From contig DAMX01000033.1 in NCBI GenBank assembly GCA_002497195.1, positions 5,634 through 50,646 of the forward strand: a stretch of DNA of 45,013 nucleotides, in the 5' to 3' direction. The number at the start of each line of letters is the position of its first letter. The stretch's first letter is position 1. The notes under the pieces were generated by a model, which had not been told where the DNA came from, made no database searches, and saw only the letters and a program-made list of their open reading frames with translations. Origin of the DNA: Methanomassiliicoccaceae archaeon UBA354 (GTDB lineage Archaea > Thermoplasmatota > Thermoplasmata > Methanomassiliicoccales > Methanomethylophilaceae). Both the position numbers and the translations under genes were made by a program. This document shows positions 1 through 9,653 of this stretch, in pieces.

Positions 1-1
1 C

Positions 2-157
2 GGAGGAAACAAAGCAACCTCCCCCGGGCCCGGCGCACAATCTGCGATCCGTGCTCTCGCAAGGGCCGGAATAAAGATCGGACGCATCGAGGACGTTACA
101 CCAATACCCCACGACGGTACCAAGAAGAAGGGCGGACGCAGAGGACGCAGGGTCTGA
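2..157 (+). CDS. rps11: 30S ribosomal protein uS11, 3' partial
   Basis: Manual translation [51 protein letters not shown] matches the archaeal S11 C-terminus; lies directly upstream of rpoD, the conserved order. Confidence 0.96.
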   Translation, partial: GGNKATSPGPGAQSAIRALARAGIKIGRIEDVTPIPHDGTKKKGGRRGRRV

Positions 158-166
158 GGGACGGAC

Positions 167-1006
167 ATGGAAATTGAAATCATCGAAATGGCTGAGAGGA
201 AGGCCAAGTTCATACTGAAGAATTCCTCGCCTGCCATGGCAAACGCGCTGAGAAGGACCATGCTGTCCGACATACCCAAGATGGCTATAGACAAGGTCGA
301 GTTTCACCTCGGCCCCATCATGTCCGACGACAAAGAGTATGAGAGCGTTACGCCCCTGTTCGACGAGATCGTTGCCCACAGGCTCGGAATGGTCCCGGTC
401 CCCACGGACTTGGAGCTCTTCACACCGCAGGACATGTGCGTCTGCGGAGGAGAGGGATGCCCCAACTGCACCATCATGTACAGTCTGAACAAGATCGGAC
501 CCGGCACGGTGCTTTCGGGCAACCTGATGCCGCTCGGGAACCCGGACCTGAAGGTCAAGGACGAGTTCATCCCGATCGTCGAGCTGACGGACGGACAGGC
601 GGTCCTGATATATGCCACGGCAGTTATGGGAACCGCGAACAAGCACGTGAAATGGCAGGTCGCCAACGGTGTTGGTTACAAATATCTGCCCAAGATCACC
701 GTGAATCCCGCGAAGGCATCCTCCGAAGGTGCACTGAACTGCATGAAGGTCTGTCCCAAGAACGTGTTCGAGGTGACAGACGGCAAACTTGTGGTGGTAC
801 GTCCGAGGGACTGCACCATATGTAAATCGTGCATGGACTCTGTGGACAATGACGGTTCCATAATCGTCGAGGGCGATGACAGGAATTTCCTGTTCACGTT
901 CGAGACGGACGGTTCGCTCACGGCAGAGCAGACCCTCGGCAAGGCGGCAGAGATCCTTTCGAAGAAAGCCTCCGCCATGTCCGAAGAGATCGCACAGCTG
1001 GAATAA
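167..1006 (+). CDS. rpoD: DNA-directed RNA polymerase subunit D (Rpo3)
   Basis: ANALRRTMLSDIP, DEIVAHRLGMVP, HVKWQ and FETDGSL motifs; Cys-rich CVCGGEGCPNC segment and ferredoxin-like insert. Confidence 0.96.
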   Translation: MEIEIIEMAERKAKFILKNSSPAMANALRRTMLSDIPKMAIDKVEFHLGPIMSDDKEYESVTPLFDEIVAHRLGMVPVPTDLELFTPQDMCVCGGEGCPNCTIMYSLNKIGPGTVLSGNLMPLGNPDLKVKDEFIPIVELTDGQAVLIYATAVMGTANKHVKWQVANGVGYKYLPKITVNPAKASSEGALNCMKVCPKNVFEVTDGKLVVVRPRDCTICKSCMDSVDNDGSIIVEGDDRNFLFTFETDGSLTAEQTLGKAAEILSKKASAMSEEIAQLE

Positions 1007-1013
1007 ACATCTC

Positions 1014-1042
1014 AAGGGGCGCAAGCCCCCTTTACTATTTTT
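1014..1042. terminator. Hairpin plus T-rich tract between convergent rpoD and polC
   Basis: GGGGC-GCAA-GCCCC stem-loop followed by TTTACTATTTTT. Confidence 0.55.
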
Positions 1043-1049
1043 CAACCTA

Positions 1050-4000
1050 TCAGAAGAAATCCGACAGTGTGCATTTTTTAACCTTATCGTTGTTGAACAC
1101 GGAGTTCATGCTCATCTCCAGGATGTCGATCCTCTCGCGGGTATAGTCGTCAAGGCCGTACTCCTCTCCTATCCTTTTCGATACCTCGAGATACTTCATC
1201 ACGCTGCCCTTGTAGACGGTCATCGTGAGGCCGTTCCCGCATTTATAGCACTTCCCAGTGATGGGTATGCGCCTATATTTCTCTCCGCACTTGACGCACC
1301 TGAACTTCTGGGCGGAAAAACTTCTCAGATTTCCGGCCATGTCCGGCAGGAAGTGCTTGTTGATCACCCTCGTGGCCACATCTCTTTCGTCGACGGCCCT
1401 TATCTTCTTGGCCAGCGAGAGCTGTGCGTCCATCTTGTCGGTCATCGATTGGAGCGTGATGTAGGCCGAGAATCTGGGCCCCTCAGATATGTTGTCGGTA
1501 TCGTTGGTGAATCCCACCCCTTCATACTGGGCGGCCGTGCCTATGCGCCCGGCGACCAGGTCCATGATTTTGTCGATGGTCTTCGGGTCCGCCATGTTCA
1601 TCGCTGCGTTGTAAAGCTCGAGGGGATACTCTCTGAGGCAGTCGACGTTGTGCGCCTCTTTGTCGATCTCGTTGGGGTCCAATCTCGTGGTAAGGACAAG
1701 AGGCGCATCCATAAGTCCCCCGCGCCTGTCGGGCAGGAAGCTGAACGAGAAGTTCAGCAAGGCGTCCATGGCGAGGATGATGCAGTCCTCGTCCCCGTCG
1801 CAGTTTCTTCTCTTGGCGGCATGGAAGAACGGGTGTCCGAAACATCCCCTGGCGGTCGAGTATCCGATGATGCGGCATAAGATCCCGCCGGAGGTATGGG
1901 GGGCCAGCCCGAACACGATGTGCCCTATCAGCTGCTCCCTGCCAGTGACGTTGTAGTAGCGGCGCAGCTTGTAGAGCCGTTCCAGTTCATCGTCCACGAA
2001 AGCGGCGATTTTCACCATGAAGTCGCCGCACTCCCTCGGCGGGACGATGTCCTGGACCTTAAGTTCGCATATCTGGTCCGGGTCAGTAAGGGGAACGCCG
2101 TTCCAGTCGTGGGTATATCCAAGCTCGATGGCCTTCTCGACCGTGAGCTCGATCTCTTTGGGTTTGAAGTGGGTGAGCGGGATGTCCGTCATATCGTAAC
2201 GAACGGTCCCGTCTTTGTATACGGTGACATCGTTCTTTGCTCTCAGGATCCCTTTTTCCAGTGCCTCTGGCACTTTCTTCTTGGAGGTGAGCCCCTTCAC
2301 GCATTTCAGCGACTTGGGCCGGTTCTCTCCGATTAGCGAACAGGCGGCCGCAAGCTCCTCGTCCAAATTCACGGGCATGGTATGCGCGCCGCCTATCTGG
2401 TTGAACGACTTGTGCTTGGGATCGTAGATGGCATGCGCCTCGCAATCCCTGCACCAGGACCTCCAGGTGACCTTTCCGCATTTCGTGCACCTTCTCGCGC
2501 CCACTTCCAGCTGTATATCTGTATTGGAAGACCTGGAGCCGCTGGCAGATTTCCTCGAAGACGCAATCGCCGATATCAGCTCCCGGTTTGCGTCCATGTC
2601 CATTCCCACCGGGAACAGGCTGTGCACGCTGGGGGTCATCTCCCTGGCGTCCGCCTTCTCGGGACGCCCCATCCTCATGCCCACTCTGGTGCCACCGCGG
2701 CCTCTGACCTCGAATCCGGCCGCGGAGCTTACGGCCTCGAGCGGAGCGTCTCCGGCGAATTCGCCTCTTTTCACGATCCTGCCCTCGCTTACTGAAAGAC
2801 CCAAGCAGTCGATCATCGGCTCCCCGTACCTGTCTGAAACGGCTATTCGTCCGTTGCGTAGCCTGTGAAGGGCGCCCAGGTTCTCCAGGATCTTCTTTAT
2901 ATCTTTGTCAAGGGGGACCGAGATGTTCCCGGTATCGAAGGAGCCGTTCTCCGCGATGTAATCCCTAAGTCCGTTCAGCGTCTGAACGTCGAAGTCCGAC
3001 CAGAAGAGGTTGTAGCGAGGGTGCAGGGGAACGCCTAGGTCCGAGCACATTTCCTTCGCCCGGGCATACGTGGGCTCCTTCCAGTCTTCGGGCAGCTCCC
3101 CCTTGGACCTGAGTTCCTGCCTGTGCCATTCGATGCAGTATCCAGGGGGGACCAATTTCTGATTGTTCTCGCAGAATTCGCCGAAAGGGACCAGGACTTC
3201 CCCGCTGTCCACTATGGTCACGATACGTTTCCTGATCTCCTGGACCTCTTCTCTGGTGGCGCAGTAGACCAGGTCTCCGTTGTCAAGCAGCACGATCGGA
3301 CCGTCCAGCTGGTCGCACGGAGTGACCACGCATGCCTTCCCCGGCCTCTCTATCTTAAGCTGGGTGCCTATGGCCATGAACTCTTCCATCGCGTACATGC
3401 TGGCCGGGCTGAAGGCAAGGGCGGCGAGCCCCGCCGTCCTAGCCCTGCCGTATCTCAGCCTGAATCCGCCGGCCCTGATGGGATGGCCGAATATCGGCCT
3501 TCCTGCCACGATGTCAAGCAGATAGGTGTCCTTCGGCTGAACGGTCTTGACCATATCCTCTTCGTCCGCAGCCTTTGCGGGGGCGTGGGCCTCCAGGTAC
3601 TTCCCGATAAAGTCCCAGCCGTCGATCTTGAGCGTATCTACGTGCTTCTTCAGTTTCGCGGCCTTTTGGCACAGGCCTTCCGCTATTACGAGGCATGCGC
3701 CTCCGCGCACGTTGTTAGTCTCGATCCGGGGAAGGTCCCGGAATCCGGATATCTCTATATCCTCGGTCCCTTCGCCGTCTATCATGATCGGACAGTTCCT
3801 CACTATGAGGTCTATCTCTTGTGATGTGGGGGAGTACTGAAGGTGCTGGGACTGTTTGTAAAGCGGGATCTCCTCATCGAAACGGGCTATCTCCTGGTCC
3901 GTGGGGATGTACCTCCCCAGGTTAAGCTCCCTCCTCACCACATCGGCTATCAGCACGCTCATCGCCTGAGCGGTTCCGCCGGCCGCCCTTATGGGCCCTG

Positions 4001-4439
4001 CGAACAGAACGTCCACGAACTCGGTCCCGTTTTCATTCCTTTTGATCTTCACGTCGGCGATCCCTTCCAGAGGGGCGACGAGTATCCCTTCGGTCAGAAC
4101 GGCCAATCCCACTCTGATGGCCCTTTCGAGCGATTTCTCGGTGCTTTCCGCCGGACGGTGGGCCATCTCCTTGGCCACCATAAGGGAAACCAGCTCCCTG
4201 TTCTTGTACTCGGAGGTGAGGCGCCTGATGTCCTCGGCGACGCCTTCGACGTCGAATTCGTGGAGAAGTTTCTCCACGCGGGACGCGAGGTCCTCCGCCT
4301 GGGGCACTTCCACATAAGGTTCGGGGTCGACCCCCAGTATCCTGGCCTGATTCGCTACCGCGTAGCAGATGTCCTTCTGCCTCGAAAGTTCGGAGAAGTA
4401 ATCGTACATCTCCTTGCTCGCGGCCGGACCCTCACTCAT
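1050..4439 (-). CDS. polC: DNA polymerase D large subunit DP2
   Basis: GPIRAAGGTAQA, GGFRLRYGRAR, RMGRPEKA and catalytic HAAKRRNCDGDED motifs; C-terminal CxxC zinc fingers; 1129 aa. Confidence 0.97.
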   Translation of the reverse strand: MSEGPAASKEMYDYFSELSRQKDICYAVANQARILGVDPEPYVEVPQAEDLASRVEKLLHEFDVEGVAEDIRRLTSEYKNRELVSLMVAKEMAHRPAESTEKSLERAIRVGLAVLTEGILVAPLEGIADVKIKRNENGTEFVDVLFAGPIRAAGGTAQAMSVLIADVVRRELNLGRYIPTDQEIARFDEEIPLYKQSQHLQYSPTSQEIDLIVRNCPIMIDGEGTEDIEISGFRDLPRIETNNVRGGACLVIAEGLCQKAAKLKKHVDTLKIDGWDFIGKYLEAHAPAKAADEEDMVKTVQPKDTYLLDIVAGRPIFGHPIRAGGFRLRYGRARTAGLAALAFSPASMYAMEEFMAIGTQLKIERPGKACVVTPCDQLDGPIVLLDNGDLVYCATREEVQEIRKRIVTIVDSGEVLVPFGEFCENNQKLVPPGYCIEWHRQELRSKGELPEDWKEPTYARAKEMCSDLGVPLHPRYNLFWSDFDVQTLNGLRDYIAENGSFDTGNISVPLDKDIKKILENLGALHRLRNGRIAVSDRYGEPMIDCLGLSVSEGRIVKRGEFAGDAPLEAVSSAAGFEVRGRGGTRVGMRMGRPEKADAREMTPSVHSLFPVGMDMDANRELISAIASSRKSASGSRSSNTDIQLEVGARRCTKCGKVTWRSWCRDCEAHAIYDPKHKSFNQIGGAHTMPVNLDEELAAACSLIGENRPKSLKCVKGLTSKKKVPEALEKGILRAKNDVTVYKDGTVRYDMTDIPLTHFKPKEIELTVEKAIELGYTHDWNGVPLTDPDQICELKVQDIVPPRECGDFMVKIAAFVDDELERLYKLRRYYNVTGREQLIGHIVFGLAPHTSGGILCRIIGYSTARGCFGHPFFHAAKRRNCDGDEDCIILAMDALLNFSFSFLPDRRGGLMDAPLVLTTRLDPNEIDKEAHNVDCLREYPLELYNAAMNMADPKTIDKIMDLVAGRIGTAAQYEGVGFTNDTDNISEGPRFSAYITLQSMTDKMDAQLSLAKKIRAVDERDVATRVINKHFLPDMAGNLRSFSAQKFRCVKCGEKYRRIPITGKCYKCGNGLTMTVYKGSVMKYLEVSKRIGEEYGLDDYTRERIDILEMSMNSVFNNDKVKKCTLSDFF

Positions 4440-5415
4440 CCTCTGCCACCACCAGAGCTCTCAGCTTGTCGATAATGAGGCTTCTGATCGTCTCCATGTT
4501 CTCTCCGGTCTGCGCGGAGAAGAAAAGGTTATCGCCGCCGGTCTTCATAATGTCGGATTTTCCTTCGGCCACGATTATCTCCACGCCGCTGAAGCCCTCC
4601 TGCACGGACTCAAGGAGCGCGGTCTGTTTTTCCATCGAATAACCGCAGGTCTCCGACGGGTCGAGGACGAATATCATGATGTTGGTGAGGTATCTCAGTG
4701 CGAGGACGGCCTGCTTCTCGATGTCGTTGCGCTCTTCGAAGCTTCTGTCGAGAAGGCCAGGAGTATCGATTATCTGATACTTCCTCCAGTCATCTTCGAT
4801 GTGCCCCACGATTATGCCCTTGGTTGTGAAAGGGTATGGCGCTATCTCGGGAGTGGCTGTGCTCATTGCAGTGACGAGACTGCTCTTGCCCACGTTGGGA
4901 AATCCCGCTATAACGACCGTCGGAACGTCCGCATGTATCGCGGGCAGGTGCCTGAATTTGTTCTTGGCCTCCTGGAGGAACAGCAGGTCCGAGGATATCT
5001 GGCGGATGTATGAAGACATCCTGCCGTAGAAGCTGTTCCTCGTAGAGTCGATGTACGAGACGTCCTTGCTGCGCCTTATCTCGCGAAGGCTTTCGTTCTT
5101 GAGCTTATCCGTCCGTCCGGCCGCCCAGTTGAGGGCCCCCAGGGCTTTTTTGTATCGGTCTATGCCGATTATCAGGTCCACAAGCTGAGGGAAGAAATCG
5201 TCCTCCTTGTCCATCCTGGGAAACCGTTCCACGTAACCATTGAGAGTGGTGACCACTATGTCGCCGGAGGCGGTGACCTTGGCCAAAGCGGTCTTTTTCT
5301 TCCCGTCGAGGGCGTTGGTGCCGCGCTTCGAGATCTTAGCGGCTCTGCTGTAGGCCTTGTCCATCAGCTCCTCGGAAGTAAGGACGGTCGGTATTTTGCG
5401 CTCCAGGGAAGCCAT
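4432..5415 (-). CDS. NOG1/GTPBP4-family GTP-binding protein
   Basis: G1 GFPNVGKSS, G2 YPFTTKG, G3 DTPGLLDR and ERNDIE motif; start moved to ATG 5415 (MASLERKIPTV). Confidence 0.92.
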   Translation of the reverse strand: MASLERKIPTVLTSEELMDKAYSRAAKISKRGTNALDGKKKTALAKVTASGDIVVTTLNGYVERFPRMDKEDDFFPQLVDLIIGIDRYKKALGALNWAAGRTDKLKNESLREIRRSKDVSYIDSTRNSFYGRMSSYIRQISSDLLFLQEAKNKFRHLPAIHADVPTVVIAGFPNVGKSSLVTAMSTATPEIAPYPFTTKGIIVGHIEDDWRKYQIIDTPGLLDRSFEERNDIEKQAVLALRYLTNIMIFVLDPSETCGYSMEKQTALLESVQEGFSGVEIIVAEGKSDIMKTGGDNLFFSAQTGENMETIRSLIIDKLRALVVAEDE

Positions 5416-5456
5416 AAAATAGTGATGTGCATCGCGTATAATAAACAACCCCCGCG

Positions 5457-8400
5457 TCATGCCTCCCCTATGACGGCCCTTATAAGCCAGAGGTCGGACT
5501 TCAGTTCAGGGTCTGCATCCATCTTGCGGGGCAGGAGGGCAGAGGGGCAGTCCTCTATCAGGACTCCGGCGTTGACCGACCACCTGCCTGCATCCTTTCC
5601 GAAGGCGGCGCATAGACCGGAGATGTTGCTGGAGATATAGACTCCGAGTTTGACGTCTGGCACAAGGCTGTCTCCGTCGAGGAACTTCGGAGCCTTCATC
5701 CCTGTATACGCCGTAACGGCCAGGTCTATGTTTTCATAGAGCATGGTCCCTGCGTCGATGCCGTAGGGGTTCTCCATGTTGAAAAGCAGGGCCTCGATCT
5801 CTCCCACGAGATATTTGATGGCATCTCCTACGGTCTTCGAATCGATCGACAGGGCTATTCTGATACCCGTGGCAGTCGTTCCCGCTACATCGGAAACTTC
5901 GAAAGAGATGAAGATCGAAGCTTCCACGAGACACCCGGCTATCCTGTCGATGGTAGCGTCTATGGCGTCCTGAACGGCCCTCTGGATGAACAGGCTCAGA
6001 TCCTCGGTGCCCTTCAGGACGCCGTCCATGTCCTCGAGCGTCCTCACAGCGGATTCCTTGAAGATATCCAGCATATGTCCTTTGATCATGTCGCCTTTGA
6101 CCAGTCCTCCGCAGTTTCCCGCGAGAGGGGTGCCCTTTGCGAACGTCCAGTCCACGGCCCCGTCAGCGACCCTCTGCCAGGTGTAGCTGCTGTTATGGGT
6201 GTCTTTTTCTACAGGTGTCCTGTCTATTTCCATGCCCTCACGGTTTTTCAGAACAACGCAGTCTCCCGACAGAGATTCGTTTTTATCGTTCAGCAGCCTG
6301 ACGTGTTTCTCCAGCACCACGAGCAGTCTCTCATGGGGCACCATCTCGTAGTCTCCCAGCACCATCACCTTGGTCTTCTCGTTCGACCCCGCGCATATCA
6401 TGAATCCGGATATGTCGGCAGTGCGGTTCGACGAGTTGTAAAGTTCCACCCACTCCTCTCCGGAATCTTCTCCGGCGGGATTCGATTCGAATTCGTTCAC
6501 GACAACGCCGGCTTCGAAAGGAATGTTGTATTTAAGCTCCAGCCCGGCATCAAGGCTCCCCTTCAGCCCGAGGGCGGGCAAGGGGATGTTAGAAAGGGCC
6601 GTACCTATCCCCTCTATGTCTGAAAGGCGGACTCCCGCTTCCCTGTACTGCACCAGATCGGGCATGACTACGTCGAAGGAAGTTCCGCGGACCTTCCCGC
6701 TTACGGTCACCAGATGGTCGGAGGACTTCATCAACGGATCCAGATCGAGATCCAGGTCCCAGTCCTCCCCTGAAACCTCGGCGCCTCCCGTTATGAAATA
6801 TTCTCCTCCTCCGGCCGAGTCCTTTTCCTTAACGGTCATACCGCAATCGATTTCGAGCCCGCCGATCTCCCCAGACAGCCTGACGGTCAGAAGGTTCCTC
6901 ACGCTCTTGACGAAAGAGACCACGTCGGTGGAGAACGTCAGAGTGAGGCCCATGAACGACATTCCTACGGTCTGTTTCTTCATCGTGGCGCTGAATATGA
7001 ACTCGGTCATATTCGCAAAACCTCCGATAGACCTGTTCAAAAGACCTTCCAGATGCTGGTCTATGAATTCTCGGAGCTCCGTTATCGGACCCATTACCGA
7101 CTCGTAAAGCCTCTCTATGACCCTGGCGACATACTTCGAAACCTCCAGCAGCGCCGAGTTGATAACGGCGATGACCTCCCTCACCATGGAGAATATCTCG
7201 ACCAGAGGTCCCAAAAGGGGCTCCAGCGCCTTGGTCAGAAGCGTCCAGCCGTCGCTGAAAAGAGTGTTGCTAGCCCTATAAGAGGAGATGCCCGAAAGCC
7301 CCCATCCGCTGAAAACCGCTATCTTCAAGTCGATGTCGACGGGCACTTCCCCGGAGAACGAAGAGTCTTTGACGCCCATCAACGAAGATACGGGACCAGA
7401 TCCTTCCGCGGTATAACGTATCGTATCATGAACGCTCGCCCTGAAAACCGTGCAGTACGATGCACCCCTGTTCTCGTTGAACCCCACATAATGTACGCAT
7501 TCGGAAAGGTTCTCGTTAGGGCCGTACATCCTTATGTCGGGAGACTGGACATAATCGGCTGAGATCGTCTCTCTTGACCTCCCGTCCTCGCCTTCAAGAA
7601 CAAAACAATCCTCTGCTGGCACATTTATAACTCCGCAGTATGGGTTCATGTACATGTTCCGGCACATCTCATCGCAGAGGTTGATCATCCTTTCGGGGAT
7701 GTCGTTGACGGCCGCAAGCATGGGCATGGCCTTTTCGCATATCATTGTCAGGAACTTTTTCATCAGCCCGCATTGACCGTCGGGGACCGTCATCAAAGCG
7801 TCGAACTTCTTCAGCATCTCCCGTGCCGCCGCCTCGTAATCGGTCACCGTCTTCCCTTCCACGGATGCAGACCAAAGCGAGTCCATAAGGTATGCCTTCT
7901 CCTCGTCTGTCAATAGATCTGTGTCAAGTGACCTCCCTACGCTTTCGAAATCTATGGCGTCCGCGATCCTATTTTTCAGAACGTCCACGCCGAATGCGCT
8001 TTCAAAGTTGTTCGTAAGCTGGCCGCAGATCGCAGCATAGAACGGATCGTATATCGTCTGACTCCTTATCGAGCTGTTCACGACCCTTTCAACATCCGAG
8101 TCAAGTTTGGAAAGGGAGCCGTTGACGGCCCTCCTTATGCCCTCAGAGAACGGCTCCTGGTCCCCTCTGTCCACCGATACGGCGATCTGTCCCACGGAGC
8201 GGTCCGCACCGATGTTGATGGCGGCAGTGTTCAGGACGCCTCTTATCCACTCTCTGACCTCGTTGTTCTGGAGCCTGTATTCGCTCTTGAAATTGCTGAG
8301 TCCCCCCCACTTCAGGATGTCCACGTCCGGGTATTTCACAAGTGCATTGTAACCTCCGACGCTGAACGTCCTCTGTTCTCCGTCGATCTCCTTGGTAACC

Positions 8401-9512
8401 GTGAACTCGGGAATATAACAGTCTGCCGCCCTTCCGTTCCAGAGATATCTGTATTCGTTCTCGGTGTGTCCTTTGGACTCCATTATCTCCCGTATGTAAG
8501 GCGAAGCGGACATCGTGTCCTTGCCGGTGAAGAAATTAACTACGGAGTCCCAGGCGTTCCTGATACGGTCAGATGCCCCGTCCAAAAAATCCACCACCAG
8601 GTTTCCGCAGAAATAATCTGCCCACTGAAGAACTATATCGTCAAGCACCGAAATCAGCGCCTGGGCGTAGATGGCCCCCAGGTCGATCCTTATCATTCCG
8701 TCCTCCGCAGCCAGGCAATCGGCCAGGTCCAGATTCCCGGTCAGGCGGTTCTTTTCATCAAGTGGGGTCCTGAAGTTGATCGTTCCAATCGCGGAAACAC
8801 AGCTTATGTACGATGCTTCCACATCTTCGGAGGTGATTATCCGGTCGGTCCCCATACTTCCAAAAGTCGCGGCCGAACCATATCCGGAGATCACCCTTTG
8901 CTGTGCCAGTGCCGTCAATTGATATGTCATCATCTGCGAAAGCACGGAACCCTCTCCTCCTAGGCAGATCTCGAAAAGGGAGCCCTGTTCGGCCACCAGA
9001 GGCAACGCGCAGCTCCCGTCAGAAGATATTGGGACGGTCCTTTCCGCGGACCCGGAATCGCTTTCGAACCTTGCGGTGAAATGGCCGGTCGCCTTCAGAT
9101 AGGTGGGCTTATAGCCGTCGCCTTCCAAGTTCATGTTCTCGGAGGTCATCCTAACTGAGAAATCCAATACGGCGACACTGACGCATCCGTCTTTGGAAGG
9201 GAACTGCGAATTCATCCATTTTTCTGCTGAAACCACGAATTTATCGGCCCTTGAAGACAATGTGCCAGCACTTGCATCGTTCCCTATCGAGGCGATAATC
9301 TCGCCCATTCCTCTGTTGACGAATATTTCGGTATCGCGTACCGATATTCCTATCGAATTTATCTCCTCGTCGACGTCCTCTGCGTTATCTCCGGCCTTTT
9401 CGGCCTGTGCGGCCGCAACGGTATATGCCAGGCTTATCGCCAGGATGGTAACCGCGATGATTGCGAACGGCATGTTCCCCCGTCTGTCCCCCGCGTATGC
9501 GCCCCCTCTCAT
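5457..9512 (-). CDS. Large (~1350 aa) exported/membrane-anchored protein with lamin-tail domain and pilin-like N-terminus
   Basis: N-terminal DRRG followed by a hydrophobic stretch (NMPFAIIAVTILAISLAYTV); LTD-like VVVNEFESNPAGEDSGEEWVELYN motif; start ATG 9512 is inferred. Confidence 0.7.
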   Translation of the reverse strand: MRGGAYAGDRRGNMPFAIIAVTILAISLAYTVAAAQAEKAGDNAEDVDEEINSIGISVRDTEIFVNRGMGEIIASIGNDASAGTLSSRADKFVVSAEKWMNSQFPSKDGCVSVAVLDFSVRMTSENMNLEGDGYKPTYLKATGHFTARFESDSGSAERTVPISSDGSCALPLVAEQGSLFEICLGGEGSVLSQMMTYQLTALAQQRVISGYGSAATFGSMGTDRIITSEDVEASYISCVSAIGTINFRTPLDEKNRLTGNLDLADCLAAEDGMIRIDLGAIYAQALISVLDDIVLQWADYFCGNLVVDFLDGASDRIRNAWDSVVNFFTGKDTMSASPYIREIMESKGHTENEYRYLWNGRAADCYIPEFTVTKEIDGEQRTFSVGGYNALVKYPDVDILKWGGLSNFKSEYRLQNNEVREWIRGVLNTAAINIGADRSVGQIAVSVDRGDQEPFSEGIRRAVNGSLSKLDSDVERVVNSSIRSQTIYDPFYAAICGQLTNNFESAFGVDVLKNRIADAIDFESVGRSLDTDLLTDEEKAYLMDSLWSASVEGKTVTDYEAAAREMLKKFDALMTVPDGQCGLMKKFLTMICEKAMPMLAAVNDIPERMINLCDEMCRNMYMNPYCGVINVPAEDCFVLEGEDGRSRETISADYVQSPDIRMYGPNENLSECVHYVGFNENRGASYCTVFRASVHDTIRYTAEGSGPVSSLMGVKDSSFSGEVPVDIDLKIAVFSGWGLSGISSYRASNTLFSDGWTLLTKALEPLLGPLVEIFSMVREVIAVINSALLEVSKYVARVIERLYESVMGPITELREFIDQHLEGLLNRSIGGFANMTEFIFSATMKKQTVGMSFMGLTLTFSTDVVSFVKSVRNLLTVRLSGEIGGLEIDCGMTVKEKDSAGGGEYFITGGAEVSGEDWDLDLDLDPLMKSSDHLVTVSGKVRGTSFDVVMPDLVQYREAGVRLSDIEGIGTALSNIPLPALGLKGSLDAGLELKYNIPFEAGVVVNEFESNPAGEDSGEEWVELYNSSNRTADISGFMICAGSNEKTKVMVLGDYEMVPHERLLVVLEKHVRLLNDKNESLSGDCVVLKNREGMEIDRTPVEKDTHNSSYTWQRVADGAVDWTFAKGTPLAGNCGGLVKGDMIKGHMLDIFKESAVRTLEDMDGVLKGTEDLSLFIQRAVQDAIDATIDRIAGCLVEASIFISFEVSDVAGTTATGIRIALSIDSKTVGDAIKYLVGEIEALLFNMENPYGIDAGTMLYENIDLAVTAYTGMKAPKFLDGDSLVPDVKLGVYISSNISGLCAAFGKDAGRWSVNAGVLIEDCPSALLPRKMDADPELKSDLWLIRAVIGEA

Positions 9513-9653
9513 GACAGTGCGATCCGCCGCAGGCAGACTTAATGGCCACAACAGCAGTTAGCATACGCAGAGCATCCGAAACGGAATGAAACCGACACGG
9601 AGTATTATTAATAGAAAGAATATTACGTGTGCATTAATTCGAAGAGGATAACC

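Noticed and set aside
1780..1830. Intein in PolD DP2 at the usual HAAKRRN/CDGDED site
   Set aside because: The motif is contiguous and the protein length is normal; rtcB likewise shows no insertion
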